This document shows positions 12,301-22,059 of a stretch of DNA of 64,000 bases, in pieces. Source of the stretch: Nitrososphaeraceae archaeon (GTDB lineage: Archaea > Thermoproteota > Nitrososphaeria > Nitrososphaerales > Nitrososphaeraceae); the NCBI GenBank assembly GCA_042138015.1, contig JBHIVA010000004.1:1984-65983 (forward strand), given 5' to 3'. The notes below the pieces were generated by a model, which had not been told where the DNA came from, made no database searches, and was given only the letters and a program-made list of their open reading frames with translations. Both the position numbers and the translations under genes were made by a program. Positions within the stretch are counted from its first letter, which is position 1. Every line of letters begins with the position of its first letter.

Positions 12301-12915
12301 CTCATCTATCCTCTTTCTAATTTCACTCATTCGTGCTAATGCAATATCAAGTCGTCTGTCCGATTCTTCAAGTTGTTTAATCGATTCTTCTTTTTTATCG
12401 TCAAAATAAGATAATCCTAATATATCTTCAATGATTCTTCTTCTTTCTTCTGAGTTTAATTCTGAAATTCTTGTAATCATTCCCTGTTGTACTATATTTA
12501 TTTTATTAGGAACCGCGACTACTACATGGAGTAGTTCGGTGATAGTAGATTTATTTACTTTTTTACCATTTAAAGAGTATTGAGAATCACCAGCATTGCC
12601 TTCAATTTCCCTTGTTAATGTGACATGGTCAGAATTTATTGGAATACCCCTATCCTTATTATCAAACGTAATGCTTACACGAATAAATTTATTGATTTTA
12701 CTATGAGTATCGTGGAACAGCGATTGGAACTTGTCGACTCTTAATGCTTTTGGACTATTTTCTCCCAATGAAAACATAATAGCATCTAAAACATTACTTT
12801 TACCTGAACCATTTGGTCCAGTTACTGCTATAAGGCCATTATTAAAATTAATAATAGTATTCTTAAATCCAAACGACTTAAAACCATAAATTTCAACTTT
12901 CTTAATAAAAACCAT
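9385..12915 (-). CDS. smc: Chromosome segregation protein SMC
   Basis: GPNGSGKSN, long coiled coils, central hinge, LSGGEK and YLMDEIDAHLD. Confidence 0.96.
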   Translation of the reverse strand: MVFIKKVEIYGFKSFGFKNTIINFNNGLIAVTGPNGSGKSNVLDAIMFSLGENSPKALRVDKFQSLFHDTHSKINKFIRVSITFDNKDRGIPINSDHVTLTREIEGNAGDSQYSLNGKKVNKSTITELLHVVVAVPNKINIVQQGMITRISELNSEERRRIIEDILGLSYFDDKKEESIKQLEESDRRLDIALARMSEIRKRIDELEIERNEQLRFEHIESDLKKYKAVKISHEIQNIENTKSRIFSDLDIKKSKSKEIYIELDLLRKKIEKLDGEKLEFIKKLDLINKQKAEINNKTSNIVYQVEKLKAIHKETIYRISEIKSKSKSINITSQDLEQKVHGLSKTIDLIKEKIEEIKIKRNFHIDELKIIDTKILSENEKRIKINILKEKIEKRNSKILDLNNMLEINLITGKEKLKINSQKDQEIKDKIKLLSLNIDTYLDRIKNLQDYINKYTKELINIRSLKVNLQERLKQYDKELETSKSILEKSHNESLKFQEKNFILSTSMSEDFSISEISKNEDFDIIGVVHDLIKWDRKYHRSVIAIAKEWMKAIVVKDVENMIKIAEFAKSKKLPRIRIIPLDLIERSAMTLLEKENVAIIGNLSNFVTSDYDSLVKFLFGNIIVVRTAKDAYMLSFKGYRTVSIDGELFEPKSTSLIIDYNSRIINVVKEINLENDIKYLRSLILKLKSYLDNNVMYYNRMSKMDNGLGNIELKLENSINENKKMKKIYEDTLSNFRLELNQQNEILDFNKDETNSVLEKIQYNEKRFLLLTDARKRVHNVLLNMDAKYRDNDLNNLNIERNKIQTLIDYENQEIQDISVILTTKQNERDLNLERKLSLNEEKTNLEKELKDKEVSVITDKQKIDQDEVVLNKLRNQEQEIINSSGNSYSILQTYELKIKELLEQERKISREYNSLDREIVLLEKENANLEEQHRKLNNDLIWLGYKKDIYEIYNIEEIINELSKEYDLIKSKINLRANENYIHVIDGYRGMSERKNDLEKERNSIVIFIDKINKEKENMFMDAFLKVNQDINNTFSTVVGGNSWLELENQEDIFSAGVRLVVQFPGKPRRDSTSLSGGEKTMAATIFLLALQSIKPSPFYLMDEIDAHLDAENTERLSRILLDRAQKNQIIMVTLKDSTISRVDQIFGVYPKNGVSQILKYRYNKRAESSKITL

Positions 12916-12999
12916 TTTAGATATTTAAAGAAAATGTGATTAGCTATTATATTTTTTGTTTTAATGTTATTATAAACTTTCATTAATATCATGAAGTAA

Positions 13000-13739
13000 T
13001 TATTTTAAAGTGTATATGCTATCATTATCAATAATCTTGAAATTTAATTTAGAATAAAAATTTAGGTAATTGTCTTTTAAAGGAGTATTGAGAAATATGT
13101 GATCAAAACCCTTTAGGCTTGATAATTCCATCGCTTTTTCAATAACTTATGAAGCAATACCTTTATTTCTATACTTTGGGTGAGTACCTAAACAATATAA
13201 TCCTATACATCCATTACTTTCAAATAGTAAACCACATCCAACAATAATATTTTTATTTTTTTTTGTTCAATTTCTGCCACCAATAAAATAAATTTTTTAT
13301 AATGTTTCTCCAAAATTTTCTTTACATATTTACTTTTATTAAAAACGATCTGCAAAATATTTCGTTCCATTCGTTAAATGTTTTAATCTCTTTTACCTCT
13401 ATTGTAAATTGTTTATTTTGAAAAATATATCTAAATGTTTTAGGAGAGATTAAAGTATATAATGTATCCAGATAATGAAAGCAATTATTTTTCAAATATT
13501 TAGTCAGATATTAACTTTGTGATTGTAAATAAAAATATCCTTTTAAATCAGACGTTTCTATAAATGATTTTGAATTTTCAATAGATTTTTTCAGGATTGA
13601 TACATTCAAACTTTGGCATATTATCCTATTAAAAAAATAATCATTAGGAAAAACTGAATTGATAAAAATTTGAGTTTCAGAGTTCACTCTATAAATATTA
13701 GTCCAATTGGACACAAATTCAATTCCATTTTTCTTGCAT
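13000..13739 (-). pseudogene. GNAT N-acetyltransferase pseudogene (about 245 codons)
   Basis: Hand translation recovers GLYCLGTHPKYRNKGIAS and NFYSNLNF. In-frame TAA at 13513-13511 and 13149-13147; frameshifts near 13340 and in the A9 run at 13264-13256. Confidence 0.8.
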
Positions 13740-13744
13740 TTTTT

Positions 13745-14907
13745 TTAATATCGAAGATCAAGAATTTCAGCCATTTTTTTAATTTCATAATATTTTTTTT
13801 CTTTTATACATTTCCTTAATAGTCTCAAAGCACTGTATGTATTAAAATCATCATTGAGATAGTTAATGAATATCTGTATAATTTTGTCGTCTTCTTGCGA
13901 TCTTTTTTCACTGAGAATTATTTCTTTAATTTTCTTTTCTAAGATTGCATATTCTTCTAATATTCTATAGGAATAAACTAGTGGGTATCTATAATTTTTC
14001 GAATAGCAATATAATCTTATAGTATTTGAGTTAAATTTGTCCAATAAATCCTTAACCAAAACGACATTCTTGTATGTTTTAGACATTTTTTTTATTCTTC
14101 ATATAAACTAAACCTACATGAAGCCATAATTTTGGAGATTTCTTTTTTAACTTTAATTGATAAAGAATTGATTTAATAAACTCGTGATGCGGAATAATTA
14201 AATCGGTTGCTCCACCATGAATATCATACTTTCCAGAAAATATACCCATTATAACTGAGATATCTTGAATATGCCACCATGGGATACCATTTCCTAATTC
14301 ATGTTCCTTGAAGTCATTTTTCAAAAACCTCGGTAGAATTCCAAAGTAGTATATCCTCTATATTTTGTTTACCGGGGTGAATATCAAATCTTAAATCATT
14401 AAAATCTTCTTTCTTTAAATTCGATATCTTTCCAAGTGGTGTATTTTCTACTCTCAAATAGACATTTCCTAAACTATAATATGCCATTTTCTTTTCAAGA
14501 AGAAATTTTATTAATTTAATGGCTTCACTGATGTAATCTGAAACCTTGACATACATAAAAGATTTATCAATCGATAATTTTTTACAAATACTTAAAAATT
14601 CTTTAAAATTCTTATCGACTATAGATGAATAATTTACTTTACTTTTTTTTGCTCTTTCTGAAATTTTTGGATCAATATCAGCTATATTGACAGCTATTAT
14701 TGGTTTAATATTGGATAACTTAAAAACTCTATAAACTAAATCGAAAAAAAGTAAAAACCTGGCATGACCAAAGTGAATCGAGTCATAAACAGTTGGTCCA
14801 CATAGAAAAATCTTAACAACTTTCGTTTCCTTCTTTAAGATTATCTTTTTATTTTTGAGAGGATAAAAAAGTTTCACATTCAAATTTTTATTAAATGTAA
14901 ATGTCAA
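13745..14907 (-). pseudogene. Short cysteinyl-tRNA synthetase paralogue, split into three ORFs by two frameshifts
   Basis: CGPTVY and HFGH in 14314-14907; PWWHIQD, DIHGG and PHHE in 14079-14324; KMSKT at the start of 13745-14086. Shifts fall at GAAAAATGA (about 14315-14322) and in an A8 run (14093-14086). Confidence 0.8.
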
Positions 14908-15152
14908 TATAATTCAAATTCAAATTCAATAGGATATTTTTCTTTTATCGTGTGAATCAATGAATCCAATTTATCAAAATATTTAATTTTATTATAATCA
15001 TTCGTAGAATATTGTACAACATATTGATGAAGAATATTTTTGTTTATAAAAATTTTTTCTTTGGGTTTTTTTAGGGTGATTCTAACTCCTTCATCATAAT
15101 CCAAATACTTCAATACATTCTTTAAGTCTCTTATCTTTTGATCGAGCAACAA
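14904..15152 (-). CDS. Hypothetical protein, first gene of the cysS-like/GNAT unit
   Basis: 82-aa ORF overlapping the next start by 4 nt; true start uncertain. Confidence 0.55.
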   Translation of the reverse strand: MLLDQKIRDLKNVLKYLDYDEGVRITLKKPKEKIFINKNILHQYVVQYSTNDYNKIKYFDKLDSLIHTIKEKYPIEFEFELY

Positions 15153-15296
15153 CCAACAATTCTATTTTTATCTCATCCTCGTGTAATAACTTATCTGGTT
15201 GAAAGAAAGCTAATAATTCAATATAACAATTATCATTTAAAGATTTATCATAAATCTTTTCATTAGTGATTTATAGTTATTTTATAAATTTACTCA

Positions 15297-15959
15297 ATGT
15301 ATAAAATATTACTTATTTCATTTTTCTCGTTCTCAATTTTAATGCTTCATTTTCCAGGTCTTATATTTGGTAATAATGTGGATGTCACAATAATTGAAAA
15401 AAAATTTGATTTTACAAAAAGTGATTTAGAATTATCTACTATTAAAGTCAATAATTTACATGAACGTAATGAAAATTTTCAAAAAAAAGAATCTGAAGAA
15501 AACCATGGAACAGTGATTATCCATAATAAATCATATCTATGTAAACTGGACGAAAAATCATTCGAATTGAGATGTACAAATTATTACTTGTGCAAAGAAC
15601 ATTACTGTAGTACAAACACGTCACTTTCTGATATGTATGTTCAAGGTAATAGGCCATCTTTTTCAACTACTTTCCAACTTAATTCAGACCCTGAAATGCA
15701 ATTTTCAAAAATTAAATTTAACTCAGGAGAATTTGATATTATACCTTATAATAACTATATACTAACTGATATGTGCAAAAAGATCAATGCAGATATTTTT
15801 CCCTTTGACTCATTTTCAGTAGGTAATTTTGTTTCACATAATCCTAAATCAATTATATGTGTAAATATGGGAGATGAATGTTATGGTATTATTGCAGAAG
15901 GTGAAACAAAATTTTGTGAGATTACCAATGTAATAATCAATGATTATAACAAGTCCTAA
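15297..15959 (+). CDS. Secreted Cys-rich hypothetical protein
   Basis: Signal-peptide-like N-terminus and several Cys; no family recognised. Confidence 0.65.
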   Translation: MYKILLISFFSFSILMLHFPGLIFGNNVDVTIIEKKFDFTKSDLELSTIKVNNLHERNENFQKKESEENHGTVIIHNKSYLCKLDEKSFELRCTNYYLCKEHYCSTNTSLSDMYVQGNRPSFSTTFQLNSDPEMQFSKIKFNSGEFDIIPYNNYILTDMCKKINADIFPFDSFSVGNFVSHNPKSIICVNMGDECYGIIAEGETKFCEITNVIINDYNKS

Positions 15960-16023
15960 TAAATTACTGATATCCTATACATTCGAATGAAAACTACGAA
16001 AATAAAATAAACAAAAAAACTTG

Positions 16024-16335
16024 CTAGGAGCTACTTCTCGAAACAGCAACTTCTATAGTTGAGACATTTCTTATTCTTCCATCTTCCGATTTAACCGATT
16101 CAGAGCCTAGTTTTACTGAATCAATCCTATATCCTAATGTATCCATGCGTTTCACGATAATTTGTGCAACATCCACAGCTCTTGGAATACTTTTCCCTCT
16201 TGCTTTTATAATAACTAACGGTTCATTAGCTAATTGAACAAGCGTTGCAGTAACATAGGTCATTAATGGCTTTTTACCAATAAAGATTTCATTACTTCTC
16301 TTCCCAGTTCCTTTATCCTCACTATTTGTAGTCAT
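16024..16335 (-). CDS. albA: DNA/RNA-binding protein Alba
   Basis: IFIGKKPLMTYV, IKARGKSIPRAVDVA, RNVSTIEV. Confidence 0.95.
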   Translation of the reverse strand: MTTNSEDKGTGKRSNEIFIGKKPLMTYVTATLVQLANEPLVIIKARGKSIPRAVDVAQIIVKRMDTLGYRIDSVKLGSESVKSEDGRIRNVSTIEVAVSRSSS

Positions 16336-16372
16336 TCCTATAATGTCGTTTGAGGTAGAATATAATGTTTTT

Positions 16373-16621
16373 TCAAGGACGTTTATTATGTTCAGAATAT
16401 TCTGCTAGATTATTCAAGATTTCGCTAATCTTATCAGGATTTTCTTTAATCTTGGTTATAATAGTCGGATCTCCTATCTCATAGCAATGTAAGATTTCTT
16501 CATTATCTTTATAAAAAAGAAAAATTCTGTTTTGATAAATACAATGGTATAATTCTTCCTTTAGCATATTTTCCGGTTTAAGTTTGATTCCACTATTATC
16601 AATAATGATTGGTGATTCCAA
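16373..16621 (-). CDS. Hypothetical protein
   Basis: 82-aa ORF co-oriented directly upstream of alba, with protein-like composition. Confidence 0.7.
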   Translation of the reverse strand: MESPIIIDNSGIKLKPENMLKEELYHCIYQNRIFLFYKDNEEILHCYEIGDPTIITKIKENPDKISEILNNLAEYSEHNKRP

Positions 16622-17586
16622 TATTTATACAATACTCGTTTGTGATAGAAAAGATTATCTGATTAATCATTACCTCAAGTAGAAGCTAAAATGATTTTCT
16701 ATAAAAATTAATCTCATTCTCCTATTTTATTTTAGGAATTTACATCATGTCTAGAATGAAAATGTTAGTCTTTGATTTATGAGGTTTATATTTTTTGGAA
16801 GAACTGGTAATTTTCATCTATGGTTTTTTACTGTAATACTATATTATGTTAGAAAAAATCACAATTATACTAATGAAAAAAACAGATTATGAACATACAA
16901 ATTAAACAGTTTTTTAAATTTAAATTAAAAATTGAGAATAAAATTACTCTATGTTATGATAATCAGTTTATTGATTCTTAATATTATTGAAAAGATTTAC
17001 CAAATTATGGAAATAATCAAATTAATGACTGGAGGAAATAATTTCAGGATCTGAATATACTTGTCATCTTTCTTCTATTATACAAATTTTGAGTTGGATA
17101 TGAAGTAGGATAAAAATGAAATGTAATAATAAAAATAATCAGTTCTTTTCTCTTCAAGACAGATAATAACTCCCAAAAAAAATTAAAATTAATATAATAT
17201 ATAATACTTAGAGACGAGTATAAAAATTAAAAAAGTCTACTTATGATACTTACATATTGTCAGTTTTGTTAAATATAATGTAACTCACTAATTCAAAAAA
17301 TATTATTAATTACCTGATTTATTTTTATTAAAAAAATACTTTAGTAAAAATAGAATATTTGACTTCAGAATCAAGTTCAGTAATTAACGACTTTCTTATT
17401 CTAATATATTTCTAACCAGTTTAATTAATTACCAGAATATTAAAAAAATCAAGAAAAAAGAGATAATATGTGCAGGAATTAAAACTAATAGAAATAAAAT
17501 CTTGGCTTTTAGAATATGATTATGTAATATAGAATAAAATTAACTATCTATAAAAATAATAAAATTGTATTTAAGACGAAATTTTC

Positions 17587-19314
17587 TTATACACTCTTTC
17601 TGTAACTATCTTGAATAATTGCCTCTGTAAACCAAAAGGGGAACATATCTTTTGCAATTTTCAAAAGATAGTTAATATTGCTATCTAAAATATACGTAAT
17701 TGCATGATCATTAGTATTCCTTATGCTTCTTCCATATGCCTGTACAACTCTAATAACTGTATTCCAAAGATACCAATTCCTATCTTTTTGCTTCATTACA
17801 GCTATTTTTCTATTACTTAAGTCTGGATAGGGTACTTTAATTAGTATTTGAAACCTCGATAGATCATCTTTTAAATCAAGCCCCTGATATAGAGAAGGGG
17901 AAATCAAAACAGTTGGTTTCTTGTTTGCAATATGTCTTTGCAATATTTCAATTCTATCAATTAAAGGGTTCGTTTCTAAAAGCCTCAATTTGTTTTGGGG
18001 ACTCAAATAATTTTTGATATAATTTAATTGAAAATATGATGTTGTATGAATTATTCCCTTTTCATTTTTATGTACAGTCATAATATTATCGACCGTATTA
18101 GCTATGGCAGGGAGACTTGACATCATTGTTTTGTTGTTTAGCCAAGATACATTCATCAAATGTATAGGTCTGTTCTTTTTCGGAAATTCTGATTCTCTGA
18201 TTCTAATAAAATTTATTTTACTTTCTAAAAGACCAGAAATTTTACACAAATATTCTTTGTTTAATATAGTTGCACTCATGAAAAGCCCATAATAACTACT
18301 ATCCAAAATTTCTTTAAAATATTTTGAAATATCCAAAGGAGTTAAGGTTACTTTTTTTATATAATTATTTGATGATTTTTCAATATTAGTTACAACCCAA
18401 TTTGATTTATTTGATTTCATTTCGTTTAATATTATGGATAGATTTCTTTCCCTATTAATTGAATCTATAATATTTTTCTCTATATAAGGATCAATCGGAT
18501 CAATTTTTTCAATAGATAGTTGAAAATTATTAACATATTCTAAGAGATGGTCTCTATAATCTTCGCAAAACCTAATCCATGTCTCTACTTCTTCTTCATT
18601 TTTATCGGGAAGTTTGAGCTTAGGAAATAATTTTGATATAAGTTCGCCATTTATCGTAAAACTTTTAAAATCTGAAATTTCGGATTCTATATTATGTACC
18701 TCATCAAAGACTATTAAGTCTCTTTTGGTAATATTATTAGAAAAATACAAATCTGACAAGAAATATTTATAATTATAAATAGAATGAGAAGATTTAGCTC
18801 CTATCCATTTTTGATCGAAATAATAACATGGTTCCCAATCAATTTTTTTAATTCTAATCTGAGAATTGTGACTTCTTAAATATTTTAATTTTTGTATGTG
18901 ATCAATAGTTATACTTTCAAACTTTTTCCCTTTGTTATTAACTGTATAGTCTAACAGCCTTGTTTTGTAAATACAATCAAAATCATCTTCTTTTTGACAC
19001 GGTCCATACTCACAGGATTCGTCGACTCCATCATAATACTTCGACAAACACCTAAAATTTCGTTTTCCTTTAACCTCCTTTATAAAAGGAAAATCCCTTG
19101 AGTATTGGTTTTGAAGATCTTTGGTAGAAGTACAAATATGAGAACTTCCTAGATATCTGGCTAAAGTAATAGCAATTGGACTCTTACCAAAACCAGTTGG
19201 TGCCTCTAAAAAAATATATTTTATACCATTTTCTAGTGATTCTTCTATTTGTTTTATTACATACTTTTGTTTTTCTCGTATTGATTCAAATGGAAAGTAA
19301 TCGAGTAGACTCAT
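17587..19314 (-). CDS. DinG/XPD(Rad3)-family SF2 helicase with Fe-S cysteines
   Basis: EAPTGFGKS, several Cys between motifs I and II, FDEVHN, MSATI, KVPYP, QAYGRSIR. Confidence 0.9.
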   Translation of the reverse strand: MSLLDYFPFESIREKQKYVIKQIEESLENGIKYIFLEAPTGFGKSPIAITLARYLGSSHICTSTKDLQNQYSRDFPFIKEVKGKRNFRCLSKYYDGVDESCEYGPCQKEDDFDCIYKTRLLDYTVNNKGKKFESITIDHIQKLKYLRSHNSQIRIKKIDWEPCYYFDQKWIGAKSSHSIYNYKYFLSDLYFSNNITKRDLIVFDEVHNIESEISDFKSFTINGELISKLFPKLKLPDKNEEEVETWIRFCEDYRDHLLEYVNNFQLSIEKIDPIDPYIEKNIIDSINRERNLSIILNEMKSNKSNWVVTNIEKSSNNYIKKVTLTPLDISKYFKEILDSSYYGLFMSATILNKEYLCKISGLLESKINFIRIRESEFPKKNRPIHLMNVSWLNNKTMMSSLPAIANTVDNIMTVHKNEKGIIHTTSYFQLNYIKNYLSPQNKLRLLETNPLIDRIEILQRHIANKKPTVLISPSLYQGLDLKDDLSRFQILIKVPYPDLSNRKIAVMKQKDRNWYLWNTVIRVVQAYGRSIRNTNDHAITYILDSNINYLLKIAKDMFPFWFTEAIIQDSYRKSV

Positions 19315-19399
19315 TCTACATCTTAAAATTTTATGAATAAGATCTGTCTTCTATTATTTAATCTAGAAATAAGATTAAAAATATTACCACCGATTTTTT

Positions 19400-19594
19400 T
19401 TAGTTAAAGTATTCCGAATTTCTAGGATTTCTTAATCTTCTAAATTTATTATTTTTTCTTTTATCAACAAAGTATCTATTTAGTACTCTTCCTGTAGTCC
19501 AATCTTCACTTAATGGTTTTCTTGCACGTCTTGCAGATTTAGGACCTATTCTTTTCCCCAAAAAAATTCTTCCTTTCTTAGATACACTACCCAT
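19400..19594 (-). CDS. Small highly basic protein
   Basis: 64 aa, rich in Arg/Lys; family not recognised. Confidence 0.65.
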   Translation of the reverse strand: MGSVSKKGRIFLGKRIGPKSARRARKPLSEDWTTGRVLNRYFVDKRKNNKFRRLRNPRNSEYFN

Positions 19595-19657
19595 TTCTAC
19601 ATTAGTGTCAATGGTTTAATTATTATTAATTCTTTGGAAAACTAGCCCAAATGCTAA

Positions 19658-19897
19658 TTAATTAGTATTGTCAAAAAAAATATCACCTTCAATTTTCCTT
19701 ACCTCTACAGAATTATTGATTTGGTCGTGAACTATCAGTAATGCATATTTAAATTTAAGTTTTTTCTGTATGGTTTGGATATAAAAATTCATTTCATATA
19801 AATCGTTACATTGATGTTCTGCCATTACTTTTACAAGGTCATCAAAAATCATAATATTATAAAAGTCCGGTGATTTAGCGAGTTTAATTATGTACAT
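19658..19897 (-). CDS. Hypothetical protein
   Basis: 79-aa ORF co-oriented with its neighbours. Confidence 0.6.
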   Translation of the reverse strand: MYIIKLAKSPDFYNIMIFDDLVKVMAEHQCNDLYEMNFYIQTIQKKLKFKYALLIVHDQINNSVEVRKIEGDIFFDNTN

Positions 19898-19996
19898 TTA
19901 CTAGTTAATATGTTGAATTATGCCATAAATAGTTTCTAGAAACTTAATTAAATCAATCAGATAAATATATTTTTAGTCACTGTTCATTTGTTAACT

Positions 19997-20164
19997 ATGA
20001 TGGAGATTCACCTCGAAGAACTCACTTTAAGAAGGTTGAAGGCACTTAGTGAAGATTTAATGGAGAGACGAAAAAAGAACATTGATTTAGATGAATTGAT
20101 AAATGAATTGATAGATAACTATCAGCAAAACACATGGGATAAAGATATAGCTTCTGGTGGATAA
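19997..20164 (+). CDS. 55-aa microprotein, possibly ribbon-helix-helix-like
   Basis: MMEIHLEELTLRRLKALSEDLMERRKKNIDLDELINELIDNYQQNTWDKDIASGG; below the ORF-track length cut-off. Confidence 0.65.
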   Translation: MMEIHLEELTLRRLKALSEDLMERRKKNIDLDELINELIDNYQQNTWDKDIASGG

Positions 20165-20295
20165 TTGGTGCTAAAAGGCTTCAAACTAGATTATATCCTA
20201 GTTTTAATTACTTTTCTATTCCCATTTATAACTCGTCATTCTAGATATTACATTTATTTCCAATGGTTTTAATATTTGGAGGTTAATATGATTTT

Positions 20296-20583
20296 ATGGA
20301 TTTATTTCACCATGATAAATTTAAATGTGAATTGGACAATGATAAGTTTCAAACGTATGAAGAATTAATTGATCATACTAGACATATCCATCACCATACT
20401 ATTTTAAAATGTGAGACTTGTGGCAAGGAGTTTATTCATGAAAAAGACAGACTTCACCATGTAAGGGAAGAACATGAAAAAGAGTATGATAGAAGAGAAC
20501 ATAAAGATATTTACAAGAAGAGTCATAAAACACCACAAGATCAAGTAAACGAATCTACTACACACTTTAGTGATAATTTCTAA
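20296..20583 (+). CDS. Tandem C2H2-type zinc-finger protein, His-rich
   Basis: CELD...HTRHIH and CETC...HVREEH. Confidence 0.8.
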   Translation: MDLFHHDKFKCELDNDKFQTYEELIDHTRHIHHHTILKCETCGKEFIHEKDRLHHVREEHEKEYDRREHKDIYKKSHKTPQDQVNESTTHFSDNF

Positions 20584-20996
20584 TTTTTTATGATAGACAT
20601 AATTTATTTATTTTAATATAATAAGTTAAAAAACTATTAAATGAAATGTAAAGTAGTAAAAAAGAAATAATTTGATTAAATAATTTAATGATGTTTTTTG
20701 GTTATGAATTATAGATAACAATATGTCTGTATTTCTGTATTGATAGTTATAAAGGTTAAATAGTAAATAATTTCTTCTATCTTATTGTTTCAGCTCACTA
20801 GTAATAATCTTTATATCTATAAATATCTTTTTTTACTAGATTATGATAAATCTAGAAAATAAATGACTGTTTATCATTTACTAAAAATACATTTTTTCAT
20901 AATAGTAATTTTTAAATTCTATGAACTTCATGTTAGCAAAACTTTTTTTATAGAAAGAGATTTACAATTCACAAGAGATTCACGTACTTATGTTAT

Positions 20997-21070
20997 TGGG
21001 GTCGGCCGGATTCGAACCGGCGAACTCCAGCGCCCAAGGCTGGCATCATACCAAGCTAGACAACGACCCC
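20997..21070 (-). tRNA. tRNA-Pro(UGG), no intron, CCA not encoded
   Basis: GGGGTCG acceptor arm, CCAGC-CTTGGGC-GCTGG anticodon arm, GGTTCGAATCC T arm, closing CGACCCC-A. Confidence 0.97.
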
Positions 21071-21165
21071 ATATTTCAAAGAATATCTCATTTGTTTTTC
21101 AAGCATAATTTTAAGTTTAGGCCTTTCTTTTTAAATTCATATAGTTTTAAATTTAGACAAATCAA

Positions 21166-22059
21166 TTAGGCAGTAATGACTTCTACGTATTTTTCTGTAG
21201 GAATTATAGTATGTTCTGCTTGAGCGACCATCATACCATTCCCTTCGATCAATACTGGGTATGAATGGAGATTTTTTCTTTTCCTCAACTTTTCCAATAT
21301 GTCTCTTGCATTTTTCTCTTCATACGAATCAAGCAGCCATCTCAGGGCAAAAGGAAGAGATTTAAATTTTTCCCAGATTTGGTTTAATACTTCATCCATT
21401 TCTTTATCTTTAGTAGGTTTTCTAGAAACTATTGCAAAAATATTCGCAACTTTTCCCTCATGTACTATACCTAATCCATTTTTCAACGTTACAAAAGGTT
21501 CTATCGCATAAGCATGATTACACTCTAATCTAAACGATCCAAAGGAATCTATATTTGGGATAGATCGTCCAGCGTGGATTGTATATTGTTCTAACGAATG
21601 ACCACTTAAATTCTTGATAGGTACAAATCCCCTTCTTTTAATGCTCATTTCAATTATCTTTCCGATATCTGAGGACTTGCTCCCAGTTTTTGAAATTTTC
21701 AAGGCTTCCTCTAAAGCTATCTGTGAAGCTATTACTAGAGGTTCAAATTTTGGATCATAACAAACAGTTACAGCAGTATCTGCAATGTATCCATCTATAT
21801 GTACTCCTATATCAATTTTTAACACATCCCCCTCCTTGACTTCTATGGGATCATTAGGTTCTGCAGTATAATGTGCTGCTATTTCGTTCAAACTCACATT
21901 TACGGGAAATGCAGGTTTTCCTCCCATCATTTTTATCTCTCCTTCGATCTGCTGGCATATTTCATATATTGTTGATCCAATGTGGATCCTTTTTCTAGCA
22001 TTATCTCTAACTCTACCAGCTATTTTACCCGCCTTTCTATAGGATTCTAAAAAATCCAT
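21166..22059 (-). CDS. map: Methionine aminopeptidase type II
   Basis: AFPVNVS, AAHYT, DIGVHIDGYIADTA, NLSGHS, AIEPF, AQAEHT. Confidence 0.96.
   Translation of the reverse strand: MDFLESYRKAGKIAGRVRDNARKRIHIGSTIYEICQQIEGEIKMMGGKPAFPVNVSLNEIAAHYTAEPNDPIEVKEGDVLKIDIGVHIDGYIADTAVTVCYDPKFEPLVIASQIALEEALKISKTGSKSSDIGKIIEMSIKRRGFVPIKNLSGHSLEQYTIHAGRSIPNIDSFGSFRLECNHAYAIEPFVTLKNGLGIVHEGKVANIFAIVSRKPTKDKEMDEVLNQIWEKFKSLPFALRWLLDSYEEKNARDILEKLRKRKNLHSYPVLIEGNGMMVAQAEHTIIPTEKYVEVITA

Noticed and set aside
14080-14345. BHB introns as the cause of the cysS-like frameshifts
   Set aside because: The only BHB-like fold I could draw near 14320 would excise 30 nt and would not fix the frame; single-base indels in homopolymer runs explain both shifts.
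15100-15270. Alternative upstream frame (EIKIELLVVARSKDKRLK) that might be the true N-terminus of 14904-15152 via a frameshift
   Set aside because: It looks protein-like but cannot be supported without homologues.
20863-21108. 81-aa + strand ORF
   Set aside because: It is an antisense shadow of tRNA-Pro plus AT-rich flank.
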